The notes under the pieces were generated by a model. The model did no database searches, was not told where the DNA came from, and was given only the letters and a program-made list of their open reading frames with translations. The translations under genes were made by a program, and so were the position numbers. Positions 18,282 to 29,004 of a DNA stretch of 64,000 bases are shown piece after piece. Origin of the DNA: an uncultured Gemmatimonadaceae bacterium (GTDB lineage: Bacteria > Gemmatimonadota > Gemmatimonadetes > Gemmatimonadales > Gemmatimonadaceae); the NCBI GenBank assembly GCA_963790305.1, contig CAWBOC010000005.1, positions 448,001-512,000 of the forward strand, read 5' to 3'. Position 1 is the stretch's first letter, and each line of letters starts with the position of its first letter.

Positions 18282-19460
18282 ATGCGGCCGATACTCTCGT
18301 CACGCGCAGTCCTCATTTTCGCTCTGTCTTCGGTCTTCCCGGTCACCGGGATCGCGCAGTCACGTCACGCGATCGCGTTCCACCTGGGGCGCAACGATGC
18401 GCTTCCGACGGAGGCTACCCTCGGGGGGCTCTCGTACACGTCATGGGCGGGGATGCTCGGCGTGCGCGGAAGTGGAGCGATGTCTCTGGGCCGCGTCGAC
18501 CGTACGCCGAACAACGAAGATGGGACAACGAAAATCACCGCATGGACCGCTGACGCGGATGTCATGCTCTCGCCGTTCCGAATTCTCCCCCCCATCGTCA
18601 CCCTCGGCTTCCGTCCGTTTGCTCTGGCGGGTATCGGCGGTCATGGAGCTCGTTATCCAACCGGAGACCGGGCGTCGGTGGCGACTGTGAGCTACGGCTG
18701 GGGAGTGGCGTGGAATTTCTCTCGTGCGCTTTCGATCGAGTCGACAGCGCGCCGGAGGACACTCCTCCTGAAGGACGACATCGACCTCCCGGCCGGCTTC
18801 GCGAACGACTGGGAGTATCGTGTCGGGATCGGCATCGAATTCGGCGGCCGCCGTCAGCCGGATCGTCCAGCCCGTCGGCGTCGCGACCCGGTCCGAGAGG
18901 ACCGTCATGAGCGCGACGACGCTCGTATCGAGGATCGCCGTCCGCCCGTACTGGCCAAGCCGGGGCGGATGCCGGCAGCGTCGGCCAGCGCAGCCAGCCT
19001 GATTCGCACCGCCAACCGGTACGAAGGCATTCGATACTCGTACGGCGGCGCCAGCCCGACGAAGGGGTTCGACTGCTCCGGGTTCGTGCAGTACGTCTTC
19101 GCACGTCACGGAATCGATCTCCCGAGGACGGCTCGTCAGATCGCCGAAGTTGGCGAGCCGGTGTCGATGAACCGGGATGAGTTGCGTGAGGGGGACCTGC
19201 TCTTTTTCGCCGGCAATGGAACTCGCATCGACCACGTCGCCATTTACCTGGGAGACGACCGCATCATTCACTCGACCGCCAGCGGCGGTGGCGTTCGCGA
19301 GGAAAGTCTGACGTCGGCGCGAGGTGAATGGTTCGACCGGCGCATGGTCGCGGCGCGACGTATCGTCGAGGGTGGCCGGCCTCTGGTACGCCCGAGCGAC
19401 GTGGATCAGGAGCCGGATTCACTGGATCCGCCCGACAAGGCGCCGCCCCCGGCGCGTTAG
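18282..19460 (+). CDS. Beta-barrel-like N-terminal domain fused to NlpC/P60 (C40) peptidase
   Basis: Signal peptide; barrel-like strands ending 'YRVGIGIEF'; 'GFDCSGFV', 'LPRTARQ', 'DHVAIY', 'IIHST'. Confidence 0.85.
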   Translation: MRPILSSRAVLIFALSSVFPVTGIAQSRHAIAFHLGRNDALPTEATLGGLSYTSWAGMLGVRGSGAMSLGRVDRTPNNEDGTTKITAWTADADVMLSPFRILPPIVTLGFRPFALAGIGGHGARYPTGDRASVATVSYGWGVAWNFSRALSIESTARRRTLLLKDDIDLPAGFANDWEYRVGIGIEFGGRRQPDRPARRRRDPVREDRHERDDARIEDRRPPVLAKPGRMPAASASAASLIRTANRYEGIRYSYGGASPTKGFDCSGFVQYVFARHGIDLPRTARQIAEVGEPVSMNRDELREGDLLFFAGNGTRIDHVAIYLGDDRIIHSTASGGGVREESLTSARGEWFDRRMVAARRIVEGGRPLVRPSDVDQEPDSLDPPDKAPPPAR

Positions 19461-19523
19461 GGCGCCTCGAAACGCGATGCGCGGATGCCACGTACGGAGC
19501 ACCGCCGACTTTTCCAGGATCTC

Positions 19524-20259
19524 ATGATGCGACACACATTCATTGCTCGTTTGGTGGGCGCGCTGGTGGCGGGTGCCGTGCTCACGGCCTCGCCCGTTCA
19601 GGCGCAGTACAGGGACGTCGATGAACCCCGAGGTCCCAGCCGGGCATTCGCCGGCGTCCATCTCGATGGTGGCCCAGCCGTTAGGCGAGTTCGACGACTA
19701 CATCGACTGGGGCGGCGGCATCGGCGGCGAGTTTCTGTACGCCTTCGACAGCCAGGGTGCCGTCGGGCTCCGGGCCAATCTTGGAATCATGATCTACGGG
19801 CACGAGACGAAGCGCGTACCCCTGAGCGAGACGCTCGGCCGCATTCGCGTCGATGTCAGCACCAGCAACAACATCTTCGTGTTCGGCGTCGGCCCGCAGG
19901 TGATGCTGCCCAGTGGCGCCGTTCGCCCGTATCTGAACGGCACGGTGGGGCTCTCGTATTTCTTCACGCGCTCCTCGGTCGAGGGAAGCGCCGATCTCGA
20001 GCCGTTCGCGAGCTCGACGAACTTCGATGACGCGACGTTCGCGTGGGCAGCCGGCGGAGGATTGTACATCCCGCTTCGCAAGGGACGGAAGAATCCGTTG
20101 TCGCTCGACATTGGTGCGCAGTATCACGCCAATGGGGAAGCGCGCTACCTGCGTGAAGGGAGCATTCAGGAAGACGGGACAGGCGACATCTTCTTCGATC
20201 CGATTCGCAGCCAGACCAACTTGATCACCTATCGCCTCGGGATCACGGTGGGGCTGTAA
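19524..20259 (+). CDS. Outer-membrane beta-barrel protein (frameshift near 19660)
   Basis: Signal peptide in one frame and barrel strands ('RPYLNG', 'YRLGITVGL') in the next. Confidence 0.7.
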
Positions 20260-20326
20260 GCGCTGCGAACCGCGAACTGCGAGCGCCGCCTTTCGGGATC
20301 TGACAGCGGCGGTAGAATTGAGTCTC

Positions 20327-22115
20327 ATGACTCTCCGCCACCTTCCGCTCGCATTCGCCGCCCCGCTCCTGATCGCGTGCGCGCGCACCGCCGCCGTTCC
20401 CGCACCATCCACGACCGCCTCGAGCGACACCGCCGAGGCGCGTCGTGTTTTCGAGGGCAACATCAGCGCCATTCATCAGCGCGATCGGGCGCGGTACCTC
20501 TCCTACTACCTCGCATTCTGATCGTCTGGCGCGCACCGGTCCAGGCGGCCTCGAGCTCGGCTTCGACGGCTGGTCCGCTCGGCGTGATTCGACCTGGCCC
20601 GACACGCTCGTCGCGCGCGACCTGAGACTCGTGCCCGTCGCGCCTGGTGTCGTGTACGGTACCTATCACTACCGAGTGACGCAGTCCGGTGTGACGAGTG
20701 AGGGCGTGTCGGAGCGCGTGTTCGTCCGCACGCCACAGGGGTGGAGAATTGCGGTGAGCACGGCGTTCGGGCTGCCGGCAAACGCCGCGCCTCCGCCGGT
20801 CGCCCTCGTTGGCGGAACCCTCGTCAATCCAGGAGCGTCACCGGTCGCCAACGCCACGGTGGTGGTCGTGGGCGGGCGGATCGTGTGTGCGGGCCCGGCA
20901 TCGGCGTGCGCTCCGCCCCCAACCGCTGAAGTCGTCCGCGTCGATGGCGCTTTCATCGCTCCAGGTCTGATCGACGCGCACGTCCACTATTCACAGACCG
21001 GATGGGTCGACGGCAGGCCCGATGCGATCGATCTCCGCGCCGAGTTCCCCTATGACTCCGTCAACTCGGCCATGCGGATGGAGAAGAGCCGCTTCGACCG
21101 AGCCTATCTCTGCTCGGGGATCACATCCGTCTTCGACGTCGGCGGATATCCGTGGACGATCCCACTCATGCAGGCCAACGAGCGTGCGCTCGACGCACCG
21201 CGCGTCGTCGCCGCGGGTCCGTTGCTCGCTACGGTGGACCACTGGTTGAATACGCCGACCATGCGGCAGTTCGTCCACATGGCGAGCGATTCGGCGACAC
21301 GTCGCGCGGTGCGCGAGAATGCGTACTTCGGGTCGCGCGCGATCAAGGTGTGGTACCTTCAGCCGAGCGACTCGCTCCGCCCGGTAATGCGCGCGCGACT
21401 GGAGCTCGCGGGAGAAGAAGCCCGGCGCGCCAAATTGCCCTTCATCGTGCACGCCACGCAGCTCGCGCGCGCGAAGGAGGCAATCCGTGCCGGGGCAAAC
21501 GTGCTCGTGCACTCCGTGGCGCCGGAGGCGATCGACGATGAGTTCATCGCGCTGGCGAAGGAGCGCGGCACGATCGTGATTCCGACGCTGACGGTCTACG
21601 AGGGCTATGCCGACGTGTTCGCGGGCCGCTCGCCGGCCGCCCGCTACCCACTCGACTGCGTCGACCGCAGCACGCGCGCGAAGCTCGAGAGGGTACTGCC
21701 GGAAGCGCAGCGCGCGCCGGGGCTGGAAGGGCTGGTGCGCCGTGGCCGGGCCGATTCGCTGTACGCCGCGATCGCGCGAAACGTGCGCCGGATGCGCGAC
21801 GCCGGCGTGCCGATCGCGGTCGGTACGGACGCCGGGAATCCTGGGACGGCGCACGGTCCGAGTCTCTATCGCGAGATGGAAGCACTGCAGTCGGCGGGGA
21901 TGTCGGCCGCGGAGGTGCTCGCGTCGACGACCATCGTTGCCGCTCGCGCCATGGGGCGCGCGTCGGACGTTGGGACGATCGAAGCGGGCAAGCTCGCCGA
22001 CCTGATCGTCCTCGACGCGGACCCGCTCGCGGACATCGCCAACGCACGACGCGTCCGTCTCGTCATGAAGGGCGGCGCCCTCTACGGACGAAACGAGCTT
22101 CTGCCGCGCCGCTGA
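20327..22115 (+). CDS. Secreted amidohydrolase with N-terminal SnoaL/NTF2-like domain (frameshift near 20512)
   Basis: Lipoprotein-like signal; 'PGLIDAHVH', 'VGTDAG', 'GTIEAGKLADL'. Confidence 0.8.
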
Positions 22116-22142
22116 TCAGCGACGCGGCAGAAGCGGTACTGC

Positions 22143-22415
22143 CTAACGGGATGAGCGCTTGCGAGATGAGCGCTTGCGACCGCCTGAGGCACGCTTGCGA
22201 CCGCCGCTCTTGCGGCGCGGGACCTTGGCGCCCTTCTTCCGCGCTTCGGAGAGGCCGATCGCGATCGCCTGCTTGCGGCTCTTGACGCGACCGCCCTTTC
22301 CACCGGGCCCGCTGCGCAATGTTCCCTTCTTGCGGCGTCGCATCGCGCTTTCGACGCGCTTGGTTGCGGCGCGACCATACTTGCGCCGTCCTCCAGACTT
22401 CTTTCTCGCGGCCAT
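22143..22415 (-). CDS. Small basic protein (DUF6496-like)
   Basis: 'GRVKSRKQAIAIGLSEARKKGAKVP' core with K/R-rich tails. Confidence 0.8.
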   Translation of the reverse strand: MAARKKSGGRRKYGRAATKRVESAMRRRKKGTLRSGPGGKGGRVKSRKQAIAIGLSEARKKGAKVPRRKSGGRKRASGGRKRSSRKRSSR

Positions 22416-22452
22416 GGGATCTCCAGTGAGTTACGACTGTCTCCGGGGTCGG

Positions 22453-22468
22453 TGCAATCGCCGCGCCG
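22453..22468 (-). promoter_or_regulatory. Putative sigma54 promoter
   Basis: Minus strand CGGCGCG-GCGA-TTGCA (GG-N10-GC), about 40 nt upstream of the ATG. Confidence 0.45.
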
Positions 22469-22538
22469 CACGTGAGTGCGGGCAAGAGGCAGCTCACATC
22501 AACGTGACGCGCGGGATGCCGCGCGCTAACTTCGTGGC

Positions 22539-24143
22539 ATGAATCATCTCCTTCGTCTCCACATCGCCGCCCTCGCTTTCCTGTGTGCGGTGCCGCTCTC
22601 CGCGCAACGTCGGCCGGTCGCAGGTGCGCCGCGTCCGTTGCCGGATCCCGCACGCGCTCCAACGCTGGTCGTGTTTCTCACCGTCGATCAGCTCCGGCCA
22701 GACTACTTCGAGCGCTGGCGCACGCAGCTCACCGGCGGACTCGGGCGACTCGCGCGCGGCGGAGCGTTCTACACCAACGCCTTTCAGGACCACGCGCTCA
22801 CCGAGACCGCACCCGGTCACGCCGCCACGATGTCCGGACGGTTTCCACGTCGCACGGGCATCGTACGCAACTCGGCGGGCGTACAGGATCCGCAGCAGCC
22901 GTTGATTGGTGCCCGCGGAGCGGGAGCATCGCCTTTTCGCTTTCGTGGCACCACGCTGACGGATTGGCTGCGCACGAAGAATCCTCGTTCGCGTGCGCTC
23001 TCGGTATCCGGCAAGGATCGCGGTGCCATTCTTCCGATTGGCCGTGACGCACAGCAGGTGTTCTGGTACGCATCGCCGGGTTTGTTCACGACGAGCACCT
23101 ATTACGCGGACACGCTGCCCGATTGGATCCGTCGCTTCAACGAGCGGCGGCTTCCCGACTCTTTGATGGTGAGGCCGTGGACACTGCTCATGGCCGACAG
23201 CGCCTATGCCGAGCCGGACAGCGTCGCCGACGAGGCCAACGCGCGCGATTTCCGGTTTCCGCACGTGGCCGCGAACGATCCTGACTGGGGACTTCCCGCC
23301 ACGCCGTTCTACGATGAGCTCACACTCGGAGTGGCGCTCGAGGGTCTGCGTGCGCTCGAGCTCGGGGCCGGACCTCAGACCGACATTCTCGCGATCTCCC
23401 TGTCTGCCACCGATTACATTGGACACAAGTATGGGCCGGACTCGCGCGAGATCCATGACCAGATCCTCCGGCTCGATCGCGCCCTCGGTGCGTTTCTCGA
23501 TACGTTGTTTACCCTCCGTGACTCGACGAAGGTGATCATCGCGCTCACGGCCGATCACGGCGTGGCGTCGTTTCCGGAAGTGCACACGCGGCGCACTGGA
23601 GAAGAGGCGTTTCACGTCGACGTCGCGCCGGTGGTGTCTCGTGTTCGCGCGCAGATGGCCGCGCGCGGCGGCGACAGCACGGCGCTGCAGTTCGACGCGG
23701 GGATGATTTTCCTCGATCGTCGGGCGATGACGCGTGCACGCATCAACTCGGACTCACTCCTCCGCGCCCTCGCCCGCACGCTCGCCGCGCTTCCCGGAGT
23801 CGCGCGAGTAAACCGGCCGAGTGACCTCGGTATGCGAGACACGACGACCGATGCCTCCGCGCGGCGCTGGCTCCACACGATCGCGCCTGATGTTCCCGTG
23901 GAACTCGTCGTGACGCTGCGCCCGTACAGCGTGTGGAACACGACGCCACGGTACGCCGAACACGGTTCGCCAAACGATTACGACGCGCACGTCCCCGTGA
24001 TCCTGTACGGACCGCCCTTTTCACCAGGGCGTCGTACGCGGCCGGCGCGCGTGGTCGATATTGCGCCGACGCTCGCGTGGGCGACATCGACGGTGCCGCT
24101 CGAGCCGCTGGATGGGCGCGTGCTTTGGGACGCGCTCCGGTAG
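22539..24143 (+). CDS. Alkaline phosphatase superfamily protein (PafA/PhoK-like), secreted
   Basis: 'VDQLR', 'TETAPGHA', 'KDRGAI', 'TDYIGHKYGP', 'TADHG', 'EHGSP..YD'. Confidence 0.9.
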   Translation: MNHLLRLHIAALAFLCAVPLSAQRRPVAGAPRPLPDPARAPTLVVFLTVDQLRPDYFERWRTQLTGGLGRLARGGAFYTNAFQDHALTETAPGHAATMSGRFPRRTGIVRNSAGVQDPQQPLIGARGAGASPFRFRGTTLTDWLRTKNPRSRALSVSGKDRGAILPIGRDAQQVFWYASPGLFTTSTYYADTLPDWIRRFNERRLPDSLMVRPWTLLMADSAYAEPDSVADEANARDFRFPHVAANDPDWGLPATPFYDELTLGVALEGLRALELGAGPQTDILAISLSATDYIGHKYGPDSREIHDQILRLDRALGAFLDTLFTLRDSTKVIIALTADHGVASFPEVHTRRTGEEAFHVDVAPVVSRVRAQMAARGGDSTALQFDAGMIFLDRRAMTRARINSDSLLRALARTLAALPGVARVNRPSDLGMRDTTTDASARRWLHTIAPDVPVELVVTLRPYSVWNTTPRYAEHGSPNDYDAHVPVILYGPPFSPGRRTRPARVVDIAPTLAWATSTVPLEPLDGRVLWDALR

Positions 24144-24151
24144 AGCGCCAA

Positions 24152-24778
24152 ATGGCCGAGGGTCGCCGACGGGACGCGCGTCGCAACGGGATCGTCGCGC
24201 TACACCGCGCGCTCGATGAAGCGCGCTTCGGACGCGAGCGGACGCTGAACCTGCGTGCAACCCTCCCCCGGCCCAAGGAAGCCGAAGTCCGCTGCGAGGC
24301 GTGGCTGCGTGAGCGTCAGGTGGCCAAGTCGGACGAGCTGCTCGTGATCACCGGACGCGGGATCAACAGCTGGGACGGGGAATCGGTCGTGCGCGAAGCG
24401 ATCGTACGGCTCCTGGGCTCGCTGCGCCGACGCGGCGTCGTCGACGCATGGCACGAGCACACGCCCGGGTCATTCGTCGTGACCGTTGCGCCGCTTCGCG
24501 CGCTTCGTGAGTCGCCCCGTCGCTCCGGCGAGCGTCGGAGAATCACGACCGATCCTGTCGCGCTCCGTGGCATCGCGCCTTCGACGCGCGCCCGCCTGCG
24601 GGAGCTCGCGCAGCTCGCACTCGAGCAGCTCGGCATTCGGGACACCAATGCGTTCCTCGAGGATGAGATGGTTGCGCAGTTCTCGATGCTGGCGCGCGGG
24701 GTTCCGGAGGGACCCGATCGCGAGCAACGGCTCCGCGCCGCGATCGAGCGGACCATTGACGACTACATAGCGCGCTGA
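24152..24778 (+). CDS. Stand-alone Smr-domain protein
   Basis: 'LLVITGRGINS...VVREAI...PGSFVV'. Confidence 0.65.
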   Translation: MAEGRRRDARRNGIVALHRALDEARFGRERTLNLRATLPRPKEAEVRCEAWLRERQVAKSDELLVITGRGINSWDGESVVREAIVRLLGSLRRRGVVDAWHEHTPGSFVVTVAPLRALRESPRRSGERRRITTDPVALRGIAPSTRARLRELAQLALEQLGIRDTNAFLEDEMVAQFSMLARGVPEGPDREQRLRAAIERTIDDYIAR

Positions 24779-24873
24779 CGCGCGGCGGCGTACTCTTCCC
24801 GGGCTCGAGCGTCCGCGATGTCGCGGACCTGTTGCCATCCTCCCGGCGTTGCGCCCTGAGCTTCTTCGGAAAA

Positions 24874-25473
24874 ATGCCTTTCTTCGAGAATGGGCGCGAC
24901 GAGAGCGCCGGGCGCGACCGTGGCGAGCCCCCTGAGCAGGCTCCCGCGGTACCCACCGCTCGATCACCCTACGATGTGCTCCTCGGGCTGATCGATGAGG
25001 TTATCGGTGAGTGGCGGACCCTGGTAATGCGAGAGCCGTGGGCGAAGCTCCCTGGATCGCGCCTCGTCGACTCATTTCCAGACATCCTGCCCAAGATGCT
25101 TCGTCTCGCGCGCTCGGGCGCGACGCACATCGACGATGGGTTACGCGACCTGATCGCCAATGCGCACGGACACTTTCGTCGCCTCGATGGCGTGCCGCTC
25201 ACGTCCGTGACTGAAGAGTGGGCCCATCTCAAGCGGGCGTGCCGCTGCGTGCTGGACACGCACGGGATTAGCAATGGTGACGCCGACCGCGCCATGGAGC
25301 GTCTCGACATCCTCGTCGACGACGCGGTGGGGTATACGCTGCGAGGCTATTATCGTCCCGAGCTCGATTCACTCCGGGGGCGCGGTCTGGAGCGGCGCGA
25401 AGGCGCCGACCGGCGCGAGATCTCCGATCGACGCAGAGGGACTCAGGATCGGCGCGATCGTGGCGAGAGCTGA
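24874..25473 (+). CDS. Hypothetical protein, RsbRD-N-like helical domain
   Basis: 'AHGHFRRLDGVPLTSVTEEW..LK' pattern; ERR-repeat tail. Confidence 0.5.
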   Translation: MPFFENGRDESAGRDRGEPPEQAPAVPTARSPYDVLLGLIDEVIGEWRTLVMREPWAKLPGSRLVDSFPDILPKMLRLARSGATHIDDGLRDLIANAHGHFRRLDGVPLTSVTEEWAHLKRACRCVLDTHGISNGDADRAMERLDILVDDAVGYTLRGYYRPELDSLRGRGLERREGADRREISDRRRGTQDRRDRGES

Positions 25474-27598
25474 GCGGGTCGCCTGGCGAGAACGCGTCGC
25501 CGGATACGTCGCAGTCGCCGCCGCCCTCATCCTTGTCGCTCCCGGCGCGCGGGCGCAGGACATGGTCGGCTACAGTGCGCGCACGACGGCGGCTCAGCGC
25601 GCGCTCGAGCGTAGCGTCGCGCGAAGACCGGACGCAGCGCGTGCGATGGCCCACTCACGTGCGCTCTCCGCGCGCAGCCACATCGCCGGGACTCCCGCGC
25701 AGGCGATCACCCGCGACTACGTGATCGATCGCATGCGTGAGTGGGGTCTCGAGATCGAGACGCGTGAGTATCAGGTCTGGATGCCCCATTCTACCGAAGC
25801 GCGCGTGTGGCGGGTGTCGCCTGATACACTGGAGCTCGTGCTCGCCGAGGGGCCGATCCCCGGCGACTCCGTCACCATGGAGTCGGGTCAGATCGTCATG
25901 GCGAACGGGTACTCCGGTGCGGGCGACGTCTCGGGGGAGGTCGTCTACGTCAATTATGGATTGATCGAGGACTACGCGCGCCTGGATTCGTTAGGTGTGT
26001 CCGTGAAGGGGAAAGTCGCCATCGCGCGCTACGGACGGTCGTTTCGCGGCATCAAAGCGCGCGAAGCGGAGCGCAACGGCGCCGCCGCGCTGCTCCTCTA
26101 CAGCGATCCGGCCGACGACGGTTTCGTGCGAGGCGACGCCTACCCCGAGGGTCCAATGCGTCCGGCCACGGGCGTCCAGCGCGGCAGCGTGATGAACGGC
26201 ACTGGAGACCCCACCACGCCAGGGTGGGCGAGCGTGCGTGGCGCGCGGCGTCTCCCGCTCGATTCCGCGCGCGTCCCGCGAATCCCCGTGATTCCGCTGT
26301 CGTGGAGCAATGCGGCCGAGCTGCTCCGCGACATTCGCGGGACCGTGATTCCGCAGGAATGGCAGGGCGGACTTCCGTTTCGCTACCACGTTGGACCCGG
26401 GCCGGTGCGCGCTCGCGTCGTCGTGAGGCTCGACACTGCGGCCAACGCCATCAAGTCCATTTGGAACACATACGGCACGATCCGCGGAACGACCTATCCC
26501 AACCAACTCGTCGTGCTCGGCGCGCATCGGGACTCCTGGGGGCCGGGAGCGGTCGACAATGTGAGCGGGACGGTCAGCATTCTCGAGGCCGCACGGGCGA
26601 TCGCCGAGGAAGCGCGTGCGGGCCGTCGGCCGAAGCGGACCATTGTGTTCGCGACCTGGGACGCCGAGGAGTGGGGACTCATCGGGTCGACCGAGTATGT
26701 CGAGGACGATTCGGCGCGCCTCACGAGTGGCGCGGTGGCGTACCTCAATCAGGATGTCGCGGTCGGCGGACCGAGCTTTGGAAGCGGTGGGTCGCCCTCA
26801 CTGCGTGCTGTGCTGCGCGACGTCGCCAAGGGCATCGACGACCCCTCCGGGCGTGGCACCATCTACACAGCGTGGCGCGCGGCAGCTGCGGTTGCCGATA
26901 CGGTGGAGCCGGCCATGGGAGATCCCGGCGGCGGATCGGACTTCGCGGGGTTCTACAACCACCTCGGGATTCCGCATCTCGACTGGGGATTCGGCGGGCC
27001 GGGAGGCGTGTATCACTCGGCGTACGATACGTTCGAATGGATGTCGCGGTTCGGCGATCCGGGTTTCCGCCGTCACGCCGCGGCCGCCCAGGTGGGCGCG
27101 ACGCTCGCGTTTCGGCTGGCGAATGCGGATGTGCTGCCTTACGACTACGCCGAGTTCGCGCGAACGATGCGGGCGCACGTGCCGGCGTTGGAGCGTGCGG
27201 TGCGAGAGCGCGGCTGGGAGATATCCGTCGATACGTTGGCGCGGGCGATCGAGGGCATGCATCGAGCTGCCGTCGAGCTAGCGCGGGTGCGCGATGCCGC
27301 GCTGGCCAAGTCCTCGCTCCCGCGGCGCACTACCGAGCGCGCAAACGAGGCGCTGCTGCGCGTAGAGCGCGTGCTCACGCGCCCTGAGGGGCTGCGAACA
27401 CGGCCCTGGTTTCGCGGGCTCATCTACGCGGCCGACGAGAACAACGGCTACTCGACAATGGTCCTCCCCTCGGTGAACGAGGCCATTCGCGCCAGCGATC
27501 GGCCGCTTGCCGTCCGAGAGGTGGCCGACCTGGCCGGGCGTTTCGCGGCGGCAACTCGCGCCCTCGACGAGGCAGCCGCGGCCCTTCGGGGTCGGTGA
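25460..27598 (+). CDS. M28 glutamate carboxypeptidase II-like peptidase (PA and TfR dimerisation domains)
   Basis: 'YVNYG', 'FRGIK', 'GAHRDSW', 'GAVDN', 'WDAEEWG', 'GGSD', 'YHSAYD'. Confidence 0.9.
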   Translation: MARAERVAWRERVAGYVAVAAALILVAPGARAQDMVGYSARTTAAQRALERSVARRPDAARAMAHSRALSARSHIAGTPAQAITRDYVIDRMREWGLEIETREYQVWMPHSTEARVWRVSPDTLELVLAEGPIPGDSVTMESGQIVMANGYSGAGDVSGEVVYVNYGLIEDYARLDSLGVSVKGKVAIARYGRSFRGIKAREAERNGAAALLLYSDPADDGFVRGDAYPEGPMRPATGVQRGSVMNGTGDPTTPGWASVRGARRLPLDSARVPRIPVIPLSWSNAAELLRDIRGTVIPQEWQGGLPFRYHVGPGPVRARVVVRLDTAANAIKSIWNTYGTIRGTTYPNQLVVLGAHRDSWGPGAVDNVSGTVSILEAARAIAEEARAGRRPKRTIVFATWDAEEWGLIGSTEYVEDDSARLTSGAVAYLNQDVAVGGPSFGSGGSPSLRAVLRDVAKGIDDPSGRGTIYTAWRAAAAVADTVEPAMGDPGGGSDFAGFYNHLGIPHLDWGFGGPGGVYHSAYDTFEWMSRFGDPGFRRHAAAAQVGATLAFRLANADVLPYDYAEFARTMRAHVPALERAVRERGWEISVDTLARAIEGMHRAAVELARVRDAALAKSSLPRRTTERANEALLRVERVLTRPEGLRTRPWFRGLIYAADENNGYSTMVLPSVNEAIRASDRPLAVREVADLAGRFAAATRALDEAAAALRGR

Positions 27599-27654
27599 GC
27601 GCAACCCGAGTCACCGTGCCGGGTATGATCACTGAACGATTTCTCGAGGTTCGA

Positions 27655-28098
27655 ATGCGGACGACGATCGTGTTGCTGGCCATCGCCGTGCTCGCGGTCG
27701 CGGTCCTGGGGGCCTGCCGCGCGGAAGACGATGAAACGCCCGATAGCGCCGCCGCCGACACCGTCTCCGCGAATGACACGGTGCCGAGCGGCGACACCGT
27801 CGCGGCGCACAGCGCCTCCCTGGCAACGTCGCCGCGTCAGCGCCCACCGCGTTCGATACCAACCATTCGCCGCGCCGGAGATACCGTGACCGATTCGACG
27901 CTCCCCCCAGACGACTCGATCCGCGCCATGCGCCCGGAGATGCCGAAAGTCACCCCGGAAAAGCGGCCGCGCACCTGGCGCGGCTTCAAGCTTCCGGAGG
28001 AAATGCCGGTCCGTCCGCCGGTGGAGACGCTCCAGCAGGTGGAGCGCCTGCCTGATTCCGTGACGAAGGGCGATTCGACGAAACCGCTGTTGCCCTGA
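27655..28098 (+). CDS. Hypothetical lipoprotein, low complexity
   Basis: GAGG RBS; lipobox LGAC. Confidence 0.6.
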   Translation: MRTTIVLLAIAVLAVAVLGACRAEDDETPDSAAADTVSANDTVPSGDTVAAHSASLATSPRQRPPRSIPTIRRAGDTVTDSTLPPDDSIRAMRPEMPKVTPEKRPRTWRGFKLPEEMPVRPPVETLQQVERLPDSVTKGDSTKPLLP

Positions 28099-28101
28099 CC
28101 G

Positions 28102-29004
28102 TTAGGCGGTGTCGCTCTTCTCGAGCCGGGCGAGCGCGACGGAGCCTAACACGATCGCCGTCGCCGTCGCTTCGCGCACGCCGAAGCGCTCGTTGAGGAT
28201 CAACGCGCCGACGATCACCGCCACGATGGGATTCACATACCCGTAGAGCGAGACCTTCGCCACCGGCAAGTGCTGGAGCGCGTACACGAACGCGACGTAT
28301 CCCAGCAGCGATCCGAACACGAGCAGGTAGAGGAACGCCTCCCACCCGCGCCGGTCCGGGCTCAGGTGGGCCCACTCGCCGAAGAGCGTGCCGATCAGAA
28401 GCATCACGATGCCGCCGGCCAGCATCTGTAGACCCGCGGCCAACAGCGGTGGAACGATCGCACGGCGACTCACGACGTACACGGATCCCGCCGCCCACGA
28501 GATCGACCCGAGCTGCAGCATCACGACGCCCCAGAGAAACTCCCGATTGGCGGGCCGCGGGCTCGCGAGCTCCGGCCACACGAGCACGACGACGCCGGCG
28601 AGTCCTGCGAGCAAGCCGAACCAGTTCAGTGGAGCAAGGCGGTGACCGCGCGGCGTGAGCGCGCTGATGACAACGGTCCAGATCGGCATCGTACTGACCA
28701 TGACCGCCGTAATTCCGCTCGGCACATGCCGCTCGGCGAGAATGACCGCCGCATTTCCTCCGACCAGCAAGAGGGTCCCGGCGATCGCCGTCTCCCGCAG
28801 CAACCGGGCGTCGCGAGGAACCCGGACACCGCGCAATCGCATCGCGAGAATCACGATCGTCCCGGCGGCGGCGAAGCGAAGCCCTCCGAAAAGAAAAGGC
28901 TCCCACGTCGTGACCGCCACGCGGATGGCGAGGTAGGTCGTGCCCCACAGGACGCACACCGCGCCCCACGCGGCCCACGCGAGCCGCCGTTCACGCGACG
29001 TCAG
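28102..29004 (-). CDS. EamA/DMT family transporter
   Basis: 'LWGTTY', 'LRFAAAG', 'YGYVNPIVAV..G..IL.E'; start either CTG 29004 or GTG 28959. Confidence 0.9.
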   Translation of the reverse strand: MTSRERRLAWAAWGAVCVLWGTTYLAIRVAVTTWEPFLFGGLRFAAAGTIVILAMRLRGVRVPRDARLLRETAIAGTLLLVGGNAAVILAERHVPSGITAVMVSTMPIWTVVISALTPRGHRLAPLNWFGLLAGLAGVVVLVWPELASPRPANREFLWGVVMLQLGSISWAAGSVYVVSRRAIVPPLLAAGLQMLAGGIVMLLIGTLFGEWAHLSPDRRGWEAFLYLLVFGSLLGYVAFVYALQHLPVAKVSLYGYVNPIVAVIVGALILNERFGVREATATAIVLGSVALARLEKSDTA

